Shown piece by piece: positions 13,901 through 28,174 of a DNA stretch of 64,000 bases. A program made the position numbers and the translations under genes. How positions within the stretch are numbered: position 1 is the stretch's first letter; each line of letters starts with the position of its first letter. Below the pieces are notes generated by a model. The model ran no database searches. It saw only the letters and a program-made list of their open reading frames with translations, and had not been told where the DNA came from. Source of the DNA: Eledone cirrhosa (lineage: Eukaryota); NCBI GenBank assembly GCA_964016885.1, contig OZ024758.1:37324001-37388000 (forward strand). Direction: 5' to 3'.

Positions 13901-16900
13901 GTACTAGCTGTCAGAAGTAACTCCACTGTTGGTGAGAATTCATTTAAGTTCATGGTATTAGCTGTCAGAAGTCACTCCAATGTTGGTGAGAATTCATTTA
14001 AGTTCATGGTATTAGCTGTCAGAAGTAACTCCACTGTTGGTGAGAATTCATTTAAGTTCATGGTATTAGCTGTCAGAAGTAACTCCACTGTTGGTGAGAA
14101 TTCATTTAAGTTCATGGTATTAGCTGTCAGAAGTAACTCCACTGTTGGTGAGAATTCATTTAAGTTCATGGTATTAGCTGTCAGAAGGAACTCCAATGTT
14201 GGTGAGAATTCATTTAAGTCATGGTATTAGCTGACAGAAGGAACGCCACTGTTGGTGAGAATTCATTTAAGTTCATGGTATTAGCTGTCAGAAGTAACTC
14301 CACTGTTGGTGAGAATTCATTTAAGTTCATGGTACTAGCTGTCAGAAGTAACTCCAATGTTGGTGAGAATTCATTTAAGTTCATGGTATTAGCTGTCAGA
14401 AGGAACTCCACTGTTGCTGAGAATGCATTTAAGTTCATGGTATTAGCTGTCAGAAGTAACTCCACTGTTGGTGAGAATTCATTTAAGTTCATGGTACTAG
14501 CTGTCAGAAGTAACTCCACTGTTGGTGAGAATTCATTTAAGTTCATGGTATTAGCTGTCAGAAGTCACTCCAATGTTGGTGAGAATTCATTTAAGTTCAT
14601 GGTATTAGCTGTCAGAAGTCACTCCACTGTTGGTGAGAATTCATTTAAGTTCATGGTACTAGCTGTCAGAAGTAACCCCAATGTTGGTGAGAATTCATTT
14701 AAGTTCATGGTATTAGCTGTCAGAAGTCACTCCAATGTTGGTGAGAATTCATTTAAGTTCATGGTATTAGCTGTCAGAAGTAACTCCACTGTTGGTGAGA
14801 ATTCATTTAAGTTCATGGTATTAGCTGTCAGAAGTAACTCCACTGTTGGTGAGAATTCATTTAAGTTCATGGTATTAGCTGTCAGAAGGAACTCCACTGT
14901 TGGTGAGAATTCATTTAAGTTCATGGTACTAGCTGTCAGAAGTAACTCCACTGTTGGTGAGAATTCATTTAAGTTCATGGTATTAGTTTGTCAGAAGTAA
15001 CTCCACTGTTGGTGAGAATTCATTTAAGTCATGGTACTAGCTGTCAGAAGTAACTCCACTGTTGGTGAGAATTCATTTAAGTTCATGGTATTAGCTGTCA
15101 GAAGTAACTCCACTGTTGGTGAGAATTCATTTAAGTTCATGGTATTAGCTGTCAGAAGTAACTCCACTGTTGGTGAGAATTCATTTAAGTTCATGGTATT
15201 AGCTGTTAGATGGAACTCCAATGTTGGTGAGAATTCATTTAAGTCATGGTACTAGCTGTCAGAAGTAACTCCACTGTTGGTGAGAATTCATTTAAGTCAT
15301 GGTATTTATTAGCTGTCAGAAGTAACACCAATGTTGGTGAGAATTCATTTAAGTTCATGGTATTAGCTGTCAGAAGTAACTCCACTGTTGGTGAGAATTC
15401 ATTTAAGTTCATGGTATTAGCTGTCAGAAGTAACTCCACTGTTGGTGAGAATTCATTTAAGTTCATGGTACTAGCTGTCAGAAGTAACTCCACTGTTGTT
15501 GAGAATTCATTTAAGTTCATGGTATTAGTTTGTCAGAAGTAACTCCACTGTTGGTGAGAATTCATTTAAGTCATGGTATTAGTTGTCAGAAGTAACTCCA
15601 ATGTTGGTGAGAATTCATTTAAGTTCATGGTACTAGCTGTCAGAAGTAACTCCACTGTTGGTGAGAATTCATTTAAGTCATGGTATTAGCTGTCAGAAGT
15701 AACTCCAATGTTGGTGAGAATTTATTTAAGTTCATGGTATTAGCTGTCAGAAGTCACTCCACTGTTGGTGAGAATTCATTTAAGTTCATGGTACTAGCTG
15801 TCAGAAGTAACCCAATGTTGGTGAGAATTCATTTAAGTTCATGGTATTAGCTGTCAGAAGTCACTCCAATGTTGGTGAGAATTCATTTAAGTTCATGGTA
15901 TTAGCTGTCAGAAGTAATTCCACTGTTGGTGAGAATTCATTTAAGTTCATGGTATTAGCTGTCAGAAGTAACTCCACTGTTGGTGAGAATTCATTTAAGT
16001 TCATGGTATTAGCTGTCAGAAGTAACTCCACTGTTGGTGAGAATTCATTTAAGTTCATGGTATTAGCTGTCAGAAGGAACTCCAATGTTGGTGAGAATTC
16101 ATTTAAGTCATGGTACTAGCTGTCAGAAGTAACTCCACTGTTGGTGAGAATTCATTTAAGTTCATGGTATTAGCTGACAGAAGGAACGCCACTGTTGGTG
16201 AGAATTCATTTAAGTTCATGGTATTAGCTGTCAGAAGTAACTCCACTGTTGGTGAGAATTCATTTAAGTTCATGGTACTAGCTGTCAGAAGTAACTCCAA
16301 TGTTGGTGAGAATTCATTTAAGTTCATGGTATTAGCTGTCAGAAGGAACTCCACTGTTGCTGAGAATTCATTTAAGTTCATGGTATTAGCTGTCAGAAGT
16401 AACTCCACTGTTGGTGAGAATTCATTTAAGTTCATGGTACTAGCTGTCAGAAGTAACTCCACTGTTGGTGAGAATTCATTTAAGTTCATGGTATTAGCTG
16501 TCAGAAGTCACTCCAATGTTGGTGAGAATTCATTTAAGTTCATGGTATTAGCTGTCAGAAGTCACTCCACTGTTGGTGAGAATTCATTTAAGTTCATGGT
16601 ACTAGCTGTCAGAAGTAACCCCAATGTTGGTGAGAATTCATTTAAGTTCATGGTATTAGCTGTCAGAAGTAACTCCACTGTTGGTGAGAATTCATTTAAG
16701 TTCATGGTACTAGCTGTCAGAAGTAACTCCAATGTTGGTGAGAATTCATTTAAGTTCATGGTATTAGCTGTCAGAAGGAACTCCACTGTTGCTGAGAATG
16801 CATTTAAGTTCATGGTATTAGCTGTCAGAAGTAACTCCACTGTTGGTGAGAATTCATTTAAGTTCATGGTACTAGCTGTCAGAAGTAACTCCACTGTTGG

Positions 16901-19900
16901 TGAGAATTCATTTAAGTTCATGGTATTAGCTGTCAGAAGTCACTCCAATGTTGGTGAGAATTCATTTAAGTTCATGGTATTAGCTGTCAGAAGTCACTCC
17001 ACTGTTGGTGAGAATTCATTTAAGTTCATGGTACTAGCTGTCAGAAGTAACCCCAATGTTGGTGAGAATTCATTTAAGTTCATGGTACTAGCTGTCAGAA
17101 GTCACTCCAATGTTGGTGAGAATTCATTTAAGTTCATGGTATTAGCTGTCAGAAGTAACTCCACTGTTGGTGAGAATTCATTTAAGTTCATGGTATTAGC
17201 TGTCAGAAGTAACTCCACTGTTGGTGAGAATTCATTTAAGTTCATGGTATTAGCTGTTAGATGGAACTCCAATGTTGGTGAGAATTCATTTAAGTCATGG
17301 TACTAGCTGTCAGAAGTAACTCCACTGTTGGTGAGAATTCATTTAAGTTCATGGTATTAGCTGTCAGAAGGAACGCCACTGTTGGTGAGAATTCATTTAA
17401 GTTAATGGTATTAGCTGTCAGAAGTAACTCCACTGTTGGTGAGAATTCGTTTAAGTTCATGGTACTAGGTGTCAGAAGTAACTCCAATGTTGGTGAGAAT
17501 TCATTTAAGTTCATGGCATTAGCTGTCAGAAGGAACTCCACTGTTGCTGAGAATTCATTTAAGTTCATGGTATTAGCTGTCAGAAGTAACTCCAATGTTG
17601 GTGAGAATTCATTTAAGTTCATGGTATTAGCTGTCAGAAGTAACTCCACTGTTGGTGAGAATTCATTTAAGTTCATGGTATTAGCTGTCAGAAGTAACTC
17701 CACTGTTGGTGAGAATTCATTTAAGTCATGGTATTAGCTGTCAGAAGTAACTCCAATGTTGGTGAGAATTTATTTAAGTTCATGGTATTAGCTGTCAGAA
17801 GTCACTCCACTGTTGGTGAGAATTCATTTAAGTTCATGGTACTAGCTGTCAGAAGTAACCCCAATGTTGGTGAGAATTCATTTAAGTTCATGGTATTAGC
17901 TGTCAGAAGTCACTCCAATGTTGGTGAGAATTCATTTAAGTTCATGGTATTAGCTGTCAGAAGTAACTCCACTGTTGGTGAGAATTCATTTAAGTTCATG
18001 GTATTAGCTGTCAGAAGTAACTCCACTGTTGGTGAGAATTCATTTAAGTTCATGGTATTAGCTGTCAGAAGTAACTCCACTGTTGGTGAGAATTCATTTA
18101 AGTTCATGGTACTAGCTGTCAGAAGTAACTCCAATGTTGGTGAGAATTCATTTAAGTTCATGGTATTAGCTGTCAGAAGTAACTCCACTGTTGGTGAGAA
18201 TTCATTTAAGTCATGGTATTTATTAGCTGTCAGAAGTAACACCAATGTTGGTGAGAATTCATTTAAGTTCATGGTATTAGCTGTCAGAAGTAACTCCACT
18301 GTTGGTGAGAATTCATTTAAGTTCATGGTATTAGCTGTCAGAAGTAACTCCACTGTTGGTGAGAATTCATTTAAGTTCATGGTACTAGCTGTCAGAAGTA
18401 ACTCCACTGTTGTTGAGAATTCATTTAAGTTCATGGTATTAGTTTGTCAGAAGTAACTCCACTGTTGGTGAGAATTCATTTAAGTCATGGTATTAGTTGT
18501 CAGAAGTAACTCCAATGTTGGTGAGAATTCATTTAAGTTCATGGTACTAGCTGTCAGAAGTAACTCCACTGTTGGTGAGAATTCATTTAAGTCATGGTAT
18601 TAGCTGTCAGAAGTAACTCCAATGTTGGTGAGAATTCATTTAAGTTCATGGTATTAGCTGTCAGAAGTCACTCCACTGTTGGTGAGAATTCATTTAAGTT
18701 CATGGTACTAGCTGTCAGAAGTAACCCAATGTTGGTGAGAATTCATTTAAGTTCATGGTATTAGCTGTCAGAAGTCACTCCAATGTTGGTGAGAATTCAT
18801 TTAAGTTCATGGTATTAGCTGTCAGAAGTAATTCCACTGTTGGTGAGAATTCATTTAAGTTCATGGTATTAGCTGTCAGAAGTAACTCCACTGTTGGTGA
18901 GAATTCATTTAAGTTCATGGTATTAGCTGTCAGAAGTAACTCCACTGTTGGTGAGAATTCATTTAAGTTCATGTTATTAGCTGTCAGAAGGAACTCCAAT
19001 GTTGGTGAGAATTCATTTAAGTCATGGTACTAGCTGTCAGAAGTAACTCCACTGTTGGTGAGAATTCATTTAAGTTCATGGTATTAGCTGACAGAAGGAA
19101 CGCCACTGTTGGTGAGAATTCATTTAAGTTCATGGTATTAGCTGTCAGAAGTAACTCCACTGTTGGTGAGAATTCATTTAAGTTCATGGTACTAGCTGTC
19201 AGAAGTAACTCCAATGTTGGTGAGAATTCATTTAAGTTCATGGTATTAGATGTCAGAAGGAACTCCACTGTTGCTGAGAATTCATTTAAGTTCATGGTAT
19301 TAGCTGTCAGAAGTAACTCCACTGTTGGTGAGAATTCATTTAAGTTCATGGTACTAGCTGTCAGAAGTAACTCCACTGTTGGTGAGAATTCATTTAAGTT
19401 CATGGTATTAGCTGTCAGAAGTCACTCCAATGTTGGTGAGAATTCATTTAAGTTCATGGTATTAGCTGTCAGAAGTCACTCCACTGTTGGTGAGAATTCA
19501 TTTAAGTTCATGGTACTAGCTGTCAGAAGTAACCCCAATGTTGGTGAGAATTCATTTAAGTTCATGGTATTAGCTGTCAGAAGTCACTCCAATGTTGGTG
19601 AGAATTCATTTAAGTTCATGGTATTAGCTGTCAGAAGTAACTCCACTGTTGGTGAGAATTCATTTAAGTTCATGGTATTAGCTGTCAGAAGTAACTCCAC
19701 TGTTGGTGAGAATTCATTTAAGTTCATGGTATTAGCTGTCAGAAGGAATTCCACTGTTGGTGAGAATTCATTTAAGTTCATGGTACTAGCTGTCAGAAGT
19801 AACTCCACTGTTGGTGAGAATTCATTTAAGTTCATGGTATTAGTTTGTCAGAAGTAACTCCACTGTTGGTGAGAATTCATTTAAGTCATGGTACTAGCTG

Positions 19901-20329
19901 TCAGAAGTAACTCCACTGTTGGTGAGAATTCATTTAAGTTCATGGTATTAGCTGTCAGAAGTAACTCCACTGTTGGTGAGAATTCATTTAAGTTCATGGT
20001 ATTAGCTGTCAGAAGTAACTCCACTGTTGGTGAGAATTCATTTAAGTTCATGGTATTAGCTGTTAGATGGAACTCCAATGTTGGTGAGAATTCATTTAAG
20101 TCATGGTACTAGCTGTCAGAAGTAACTCCACTGTTGGTGAGAATTCATTTAAGTTCATGGTATTAGCTGTCAGAAGGAACGCCACTGTTGGTGAGAATTC
20201 ATTTAAGTTAATGGTATTAGCTGTCAGAAGTAACTCCACTGTTGGTGAGAATTCATTTAAGTTCATGGTACTAGGTGTCAGAAGTAACTCCAATGTTGGT
20301 GAGAATTCATTTAAGTTCATGGTATTAGC

Positions 20330-23300
20330 TGTCAGAAGGAACACCACTGTTGCTGAGAATTCATTTAAGTTCATGGTATTAGCTGTCAGAAGTAACTCCA
20401 CTGTTGGTGAGAATTCATTTAAGTTCATGGTATTAGCTGTCAGAAGTAACTCCACTGTTGGTGAGAATTCATTTAAGTCATGGTATTAGCTGTCAGAAGT
20501 AACTCCAATGTTGGTGAGAATTCATTTAAGTTCATGGTATTAGCTGTCAGAAGTAACTCCAATGTTGGTGAGAATTCATTTAAGTTCATGGTATTAGCTG
20601 TCAGAAGGAACTCCACTGTTGGTGAGAATTCATTTAAGTTCATGGTATTAGCTGTCAGAAGTAACTCCACTGTTGGTGAGAATTCATTTAAGTTCATGGT
20701 ATTAGCTGTCAGAAATAACTCCACTGTTGGTGAGAATTCATTTAAGTTCATGGTACTAGCTGTCAGAAGTAACTCCAATGTTGGTGAGAATTCATTTAAT
20801 TTCATGGTATTAGCTGTCAGAAGTAACTCCACTGTTGGTGAGAATTCATTTAAGTCATGGTATTTATTAGCTGTCAGAAGTAACACCAATGTTGGTGAGA
20901 ATTCATTTAAGTTCATGGTATTAGCTGTCAGAAGTAACTCCACTGTTGGTGAGAATTCATTTAAGTTCATGGTATTAGCTGTCAGAAGTAACTCCACTGT
21001 TGGTGAGAATTCATTTAAGTTCATGGTACTAGCTCTCAGAAGTAACTCCACTGTTGTTGAGAATTCATTTAAGTTCATGGTATTAGTTTGTCAGAAGTAA
21101 CTCCACTGTTGGTGAGAATTCATTTAAGTCATGGTATTAGTTGTCAGAAGTAACTCCAATGTTGGTGAGAATTCATTTAAGTTCATGGTACTAGCTGTCA
21201 GAAGTAACTCCACTGTTGGTGAGAATTCATTTAAGTCATGGTATTAGCTGTCGGAAGTAACTCCAATGTTGGTGAGAATTCATTTAAGTTCATGGTATTA
21301 GCTGTCAGAAGTCACTCCACTGTTGGTGAGAATTCATTTAAGTTCATGGTACTAGCTGTCAGAAGGAACCCAATGTTGGTGAGAATTCATTTAAGTTCAT
21401 GGTATTAGCTGTCAGAAGTCACTCCAATGTTGGTGAGAATTCATTTAAGTTCATGGTATTAGCTGTCAGAAGTAACTCCACTGTTGGTGAGAATTCATTT
21501 AAGTTCATGGTATTAGCTGTCAGAAGTAACTCCACTGTTGGTGAGAATTCATTTAAGTTCATGGTATTAGCTGTCAGAAGTAACTCCACTGTTGGTGAGA
21601 ATTCATTTAAGTTCATGGTATTAGCTGTCAGAAGGAACTCCAATGTTGGTGAGAATTCATTTAAGTCATGGTACTAGCTGTCAGAAGTAACTCCACTGTT
21701 GGTGAGAATTCATTTAAGTTCATGGTATTAGCTGACAGAAGGAACGCCACTGTTGGTGAGAATTCATTTAAGTTCATGGTATTAGCTGTCAGAAGTAACT
21801 CCACTGTTGGTGAGAATTCATTTAAGTTCATGGTACTAGCTGTCAGAAGTAACTCCAATGTTGGTGAGAATTCATTTAAGTTCATGGTATTAGCTGTCAG
21901 AAGGAACTCCACTGTTGCTGAGAATGCATTTAAGTTCATGGTATTAGCTGTCAGAAGTAACTCCACTGTTGGTGAGAATTCATTTAAGTTCATGGTACTA
22001 GCTGTCAGAAGTAACTCCACTGTTGGTGAGAATTCATTTAAGTTCATGGTATTAGCTGTCAGAAGTCACTCCAATGTTGGTGAGAATTCATTTAAGTTCA
22101 TGGTATTAGCTGTCAGAAGTCACTCCACTGTTGGTGAGAATTCATTTAAGTTCATGGTACTAGCTGTCAGAAGTAACCCCAATGTTGGTGAGAATTCATT
22201 TAAGTTCATGGTATTAGCTGTCAGAAGTCACTCCAATGTTGGTGAGAATTCATTTAAGTTCATGGTATTAGCTGTCAGAAGTAACTCCACTGTTGGTGAG
22301 AATTCATTTAAGTTCATGGTATTAGCTGTCAGAAGTAACTCCACTGTTGGTGAGAATTCATTTAAGTTCATGGTATTAGCTGTCAGAAGGAACTCCACTG
22401 TTGGTGAGAATTCATTTAAGTTCATGGTACTAGCTGTCAGAAGTAACTCCACTGTTGGTGAGAATTCATTTAAGTTCATGGTATTAGTTTGTCAGAAGTA
22501 ACTCCACTGTTGGTGAGAATTCATTTAAGTCATGGTACTAGCTGTCAGAAGTAACTCCACTGTTGGTGAGAATTCATTTAAGTTCATGGTATTAGCTGTC
22601 AGAAGTAACTCCACTGTTGGTGAGAATTCATTTAAGTTCATGGTATTAGCTGTCAGAAGTAACTCCAATGTTGGTGAGAATTCATTTAAGTTCATGGTAT
22701 TAGCTGTCAGAAGTAACTCCACTGTTGGTGAGAATTCATTTAAGTTCATGGTATTAGCTGTCAGAAGTAACTCCACTGTTGGTGAGAATTCATTTAAGTC
22801 ATCGTATTAGCTGTCAGAAGTAACTCCAATGTTGGTGAGAATTCATTTAAGTTCATGGTATTAGCTGTCAGAAGTAACTCCAATGTTGGTGAGAATTCAT
22901 TTAAGTTCATGGTATTAGCTGTCAGAAGGAACTCCACTGTTGGTGAGAATTCATTTAAGTTCATGGTATTAGCTGTCAGAAGTAACTCCACTGTTGGTGA
23001 GAATTCATTTAAGTTCATGGTATTAGCTGTCAGAAGTAACTCCACTGTTGGTGAGAATTCATTTAAGTTCATGGTACTAGCTGTCAGAAGTAACTCCAAT
23101 GTTGGTGAGAATTCATTTAAGTTCATGGTATTAGCTGTCAGAAGTAACTCCACTGTTGGTGAGAATTCATTTAAGTCATGGTATTTATTAGCTGTCAGAA
23201 GTAACACCAATGTTGGTGAGAATTCATTTAAGTTCATGGTATTAGCTGTCAGAAGTAACTCCACTGTTGGTGAGAATTCATTTAAGTTCATGGTATTAGC

Positions 23301-26300
23301 TGTCAGAAGTAACTCCACTGTTGGTGAGAATTCATTTAAGTTCATGGTACTAGCTGTCAGAAGTAACTCCACTGTTGTTGAGAATTCATTTAAGTTCATG
23401 GTATTAGTTTGTCAGAAGTAACTCCACTGTTGGTGAGAATTCATTTAAGTCATGGTATTAGTTGTCAGAAGTAACTCCAATGTTGGTGAGAATTCATTTA
23501 AGTTCATGGTACTAGCTGTCAGAAGTAACTCCACTGTTGGTGAGAATTCATTTAAGTCATGGTATTAGCTGTCAGAAGTAACTCCAATGTTGGTGAGAAT
23601 TCATTTAAATTCATGGTATTAGCTGTCAGAAGTCACTCCACTGTTGGTGAGAATTCATTTAAGTTCATGGTACTAGCTGTCAGAAGTAACCCAATGTTGG
23701 TGAGAATTCATTTAAGTTCATGGTATTAGCTGTCAGAAGTCACTCCAATGTTGGTGAGAATTCATTTAAGTTCATGGTATTAGCTGTCAGAAGTAACTCC
23801 ACTGTTGGTGAGAATTCATTTAAGTTCATGGTATTAGCTGTCAGAAGTAACTCCACTGTTGGTGAGAATTCATTTAAGTTCATGGTATTAGCTGTCAGAA
23901 GTAACTCCACTGTTGGTGAGAATTCATTTAAGTTCATGGTATTAGCTGTTAGATGGAACTCCAATGTTGGTGAGAATTCATTTAAGTCATGGTACTAGCT
24001 GTCAGAAGGAACACCACTGTTGCTGAGAATTCATTTAAGTTCATGGTATTAGCTGTCAGAAGTAACTCCACTGTTGGTGAGAATTCATTTAAGTTCATGG
24101 TATTAGCTGTCAGAAGTAACTCCACTGTTGGTGAGAATTCATTTAAGTCATGGTATTAGCTGTCAGAAGTAACTCCAATGTTGGTGAGAATTCATTTAAG
24201 TTCATGGTATTAGCTGTCAGAAGTAACTCCAATGTTGGTGAGAATTCATTTAAGTTCATGGTATTAGCTGTCAGAAGGAACTCCACTGTTGGTGAGAATT
24301 CATTTAAGTTCATGGTATTAGCTGTCAGAAGTAACTCCACTGTTGGTGAGAATTCATTTAAGTTCATGGTATTAGCTGTCAGAAATAACTCCACTGTTGG
24401 TGAGAATTCATTTAAGTTCATGGTACTAGCTGTCAGAAGTAACTCCAATGTTGGTGAGAATTCATTTAATTTCATGGTATTAGCTGTCAGAAGTAACTCC
24501 ACTGTTGGTGAGAATTCATTTAAGTCATGGTATTTATTAGCTGTCAGAAGTAACACCAATGTTGGTGAGAATTCATTTAAGTTCATGGTATTAGCTGTCA
24601 GAAGTAACTCCACTGTTGGTGAGAATTCATTTAAGTTCATGGTATTAGCTGTCAGAAGTAACTCCACTGTTGGTGAGAATTCATTTAAGTTCATGGTACT
24701 AGCTGTCAGAAGTAACTCCACTGTTGTTGAGAATTCATTTAAGTTCATGGTATTAGTTTGTCAGAAGTAACTCCACTGTTGGTGAGAATTCATTTAAGTC
24801 ATGGTATTAGTTGTCAGAAGTAACTCCAATGTTGGTGAGAATTCATTTAAGTTCATGGTACTAGCTGTCAGAAGTAACTCCACTGTTGGTGAGAATTCAT
24901 TTAAGTCATGGTATTAGCTGTCGGAAGTAACTCCAATGTTGGTGAGAATTCATTTAAGTTCATGGTATTAGCTGTCAGAAGTCACTCCACTGTTGGTGAG
25001 AATTCATTTAAGTTCATGGTACTAGCTGTCAGAAGGAACCCAATGTTGGTGAGAATTCATTTAAGTTCATGGTATTAGCTGTCAGAAGTCACTCCAATGT
25101 TGGTGAGAATTCATTTAAGTTCATGGTATTAGCTGTCAGAAGTAACTCCACTGTTGGTGAGAATTCATTTAAGTTCATGGTATTAGCTGTCAGAAGTAAC
25201 TCCACTGTTGGTGAGAATTCATTTAAGTTCATGGTATTAGCTGTCAGAAGGAACTCCAATGTTGGTGAGAATTCATTTAAGTCATGGTACTAGCTGTCAG
25301 AAGTAACTCCACTGTTGGTGAGAATTCATTTAAGTTCATGGTATTAGCTGACAGAAGGAACGCCACTGTTGGTGAGAATTCATTTAAGTTCATGGTATTA
25401 GCTGTCAGAAGTAACTCCACTGTTGGTGAGAATTCATTTAAGTTCATGGTACTAGCTGTCAGAAGTAACTCCAATGTTGGTGAGAATTCATTTAAGTTCA
25501 TGGTATTAGCTGTCAGAAGGAACTCCACTGTTGCTGAGAATGCATTTAAGTTCATGGTATTAGCTGTCAGAAGTAACTCCACTGTTGGTGAGAATTCATT
25601 TAAGTTCATGGTACTAGCTGTCAGAAGTAACTCCACTGTTGGTGAGAATTCATTTAAGTTCATGGTATTAGCTGTCAGAAGTCACTCCAATGTTGGTGAG
25701 AATTCATTTAAGTTCATGGTATTAGCTGTCAGAAGTCACTCCACTGTTGGTGAGAATTCATTTAAGTTCATGGTACTAGCTGTCAGAAGTAACCCCAATG
25801 TTGGTGAGAATTCATTTAAGTTCATGGTATTAGCTGTCAGAAGTCACTCCAATGTTGGTGAGAATTCATTTAAGTTCATGGTATTAGCTGTCAGAAGTAA
25901 CTCCACTGTTGGTGAGAATTCATTTAAGTTCATGGTATTAGCTGTCAGAAGTAACTCCACTGTTGGTGAGAATTCATTTAAGTTCATGGTATTAGCTGTC
26001 AGAAGGAACTCCACTGTTGGTGAGAATTCATTTAAGTTCATGGTACTAGCTGTCAGAAGTAACTCCACTGTTGGTGAGAATTCATTTAAGTTCATGGTAT
26101 TAGTTTGTCAGAAGTAACTCCACTGTTGGTGAGAATTCATTTAAGTCATGGTACTAGCTGTCAGAAGTAACTCCACTGTTGGTGAGAATTCATTTAAGTT
26201 CATGGTATTAGCTGTCAGAAGTAACTCCACTGTTGGTGAGAATTCATTTAAGTTCATGGTATTAGCTGTCAGAAGTAACTCCAATGTTGGTGAGAATTCA

Positions 26301-27500
26301 TTTAAGTTCATGGTATTAGCTGTCAGAAGTAACTCCACTGTTGGTGAGAATTCATTTAAGTTCATGGTATTAGCTGTCAGAAGTAACTCCACTGTTGGTG
26401 AGAATTCATTTAAGTCATCGTATTAGCTGTCAGAAGTAACTCCAATGTTGGTGAGAATTCATTTAAGTTCATGGTATTAGCTGTCAGAAGTAACTCCAAT
26501 GTTGGTGAGAATTCATTTAAGTTCATGGTATTAGCTGTCAGAAGGAACTCCACTGTTGGTGAGAATTCATTTAAGTTCATGGTATTAGCTGTCAGAAGTA
26601 ACTCCACTGTTGGTGAGAATTCATTTAAGTTCATGGTATTAGCTGTCAGAAGTAACTCCACTGTTGGTGAGAATTCATTTAAGTTCATGGTACTAGCTGT
26701 CAGAAGTAACTCCAATGTTGGTGAGAATTCATTTAAGTTCATGGTATTAGCTGTCAGAAGTAACTCCACTGTTGGTGAGAATTCATTTAAGTCATGGTAT
26801 TTATTAGCTGTCAGAAGTAACACCAATGTTGGTGAGAATTCATTTAAGTTCATGGTATTAGCTGTCAGAAGTAACTCCACTGTTGGTGAGAATTCATTTA
26901 AGTTCATGGTATTAGCTGTCAGAAGTAACTCCACTGTTGGTGAGAATTCATTTAAGTTCATGGTACTAGCTGTCAGAAGTAACTCCACTGTTGTTGAGAA
27001 TTCATTTAAGTTCATGGTATTAGTTTGTCAGAAGTAACTCCACTGTTGGTGAGAATTCATTTAAGTCATGGTATTAGTTGTCAGAAGTAACTCCAATGTT
27101 GGTGAGAATTCATTTAAGTTCATGGTACTAGCTGTCAGAAGTAACTCCACTGTTGGTGAGAATTCATTTAAGTCATGGTATTAGCTGTCAGAAGTAACTC
27201 CAATGTTGGTGAGAATTCATTTAAATTCATGGTATTAGCTGTCAGAAGTCACTCCACTGTTGGTGAGAATTCATTTAAGTTCATGGTACTAGCTGTCAGA
27301 AGTAACCCAATGTTGGTGAGAATTCATTTAAGTTCATGGTATTAGCTGTCAGAAGTCACTCCAATGTTGGTGAGAATTCATTTAAGTTCATGGTATTAGC
27401 TGTCAGAAGTAACTCCACTGTTGGTGAGAATTCATTTAAGTTCATGGTATTAGCTGTCAGAAGTAACTCCACTGTTGGTGAGAATTCATTTAAGTTCATG
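20330..27500. repeat. Higher-order tandem duplication, period 3670 then 3616 bp (68/67 monomers)
   Basis: Rare variants AGAAATAAC 20711/24381 and TCGGAAG 21251/24921 recur at +3670. ATCGTA 22801/26417 recurs at +3616, after a one-monomer loss near 25.2 kb. Confidence 0.9.
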
Positions 27501-28174
27501 GTATTAGCTGTCAGAAGGAACTCCAATGTTGGTGAGAATTCATTTAAGTCATGGTACTAGCTGTCAGAAGTAACTCCACTGTTGGTGAGAATTCATTTAA
27601 GTTCATGGTATTAGCTGACAGAAGGAACGCCACTGTTGGTGAGAATTCATTTAAGTTCATGGTATTAGCTGTCAGAAGTAACTCCACTGTTGGTGAGAAT
27701 TCATTTAAGTTCATGGTACTAGCTGTCAGAAGTAACTCCAATGTTGGTGAGAATTCATTTAAGTTCATGGTATTAGCTGTCAGAAGGAACTCCACTGTTG
27801 CTGAGAATGCATTTAAGTTCATGGTATTAGCTGTCAGAAGTAACTCCACTGTTGGTGAGAATTCATTTAAGTTCATGGTACTAGCTGTCAGAAGTAACTC
27901 CACTGTTGGTGAGAATTCATTTAAGTTCATGGTATTAGCTGTCAGAAGTCACTCCAATGTTGGTGAGAATTCATTTAAGTTCATGGTATTAGCTGTCAGA
28001 AGTCACTCCACTGTTGGTGAGAATTCATTTAAGTTCATGGTACTAGCTGTCAGAAGTAACCCCAATGTTGGTGAGAATTCATTTAAGTTCATGGTATTAG
28101 CTGTCAGAAGTCACTCCAATGTTGGTGAGAATTCATTTAAGTTCATGGTATTAGCTGTCAGAAGTAACTCCACT

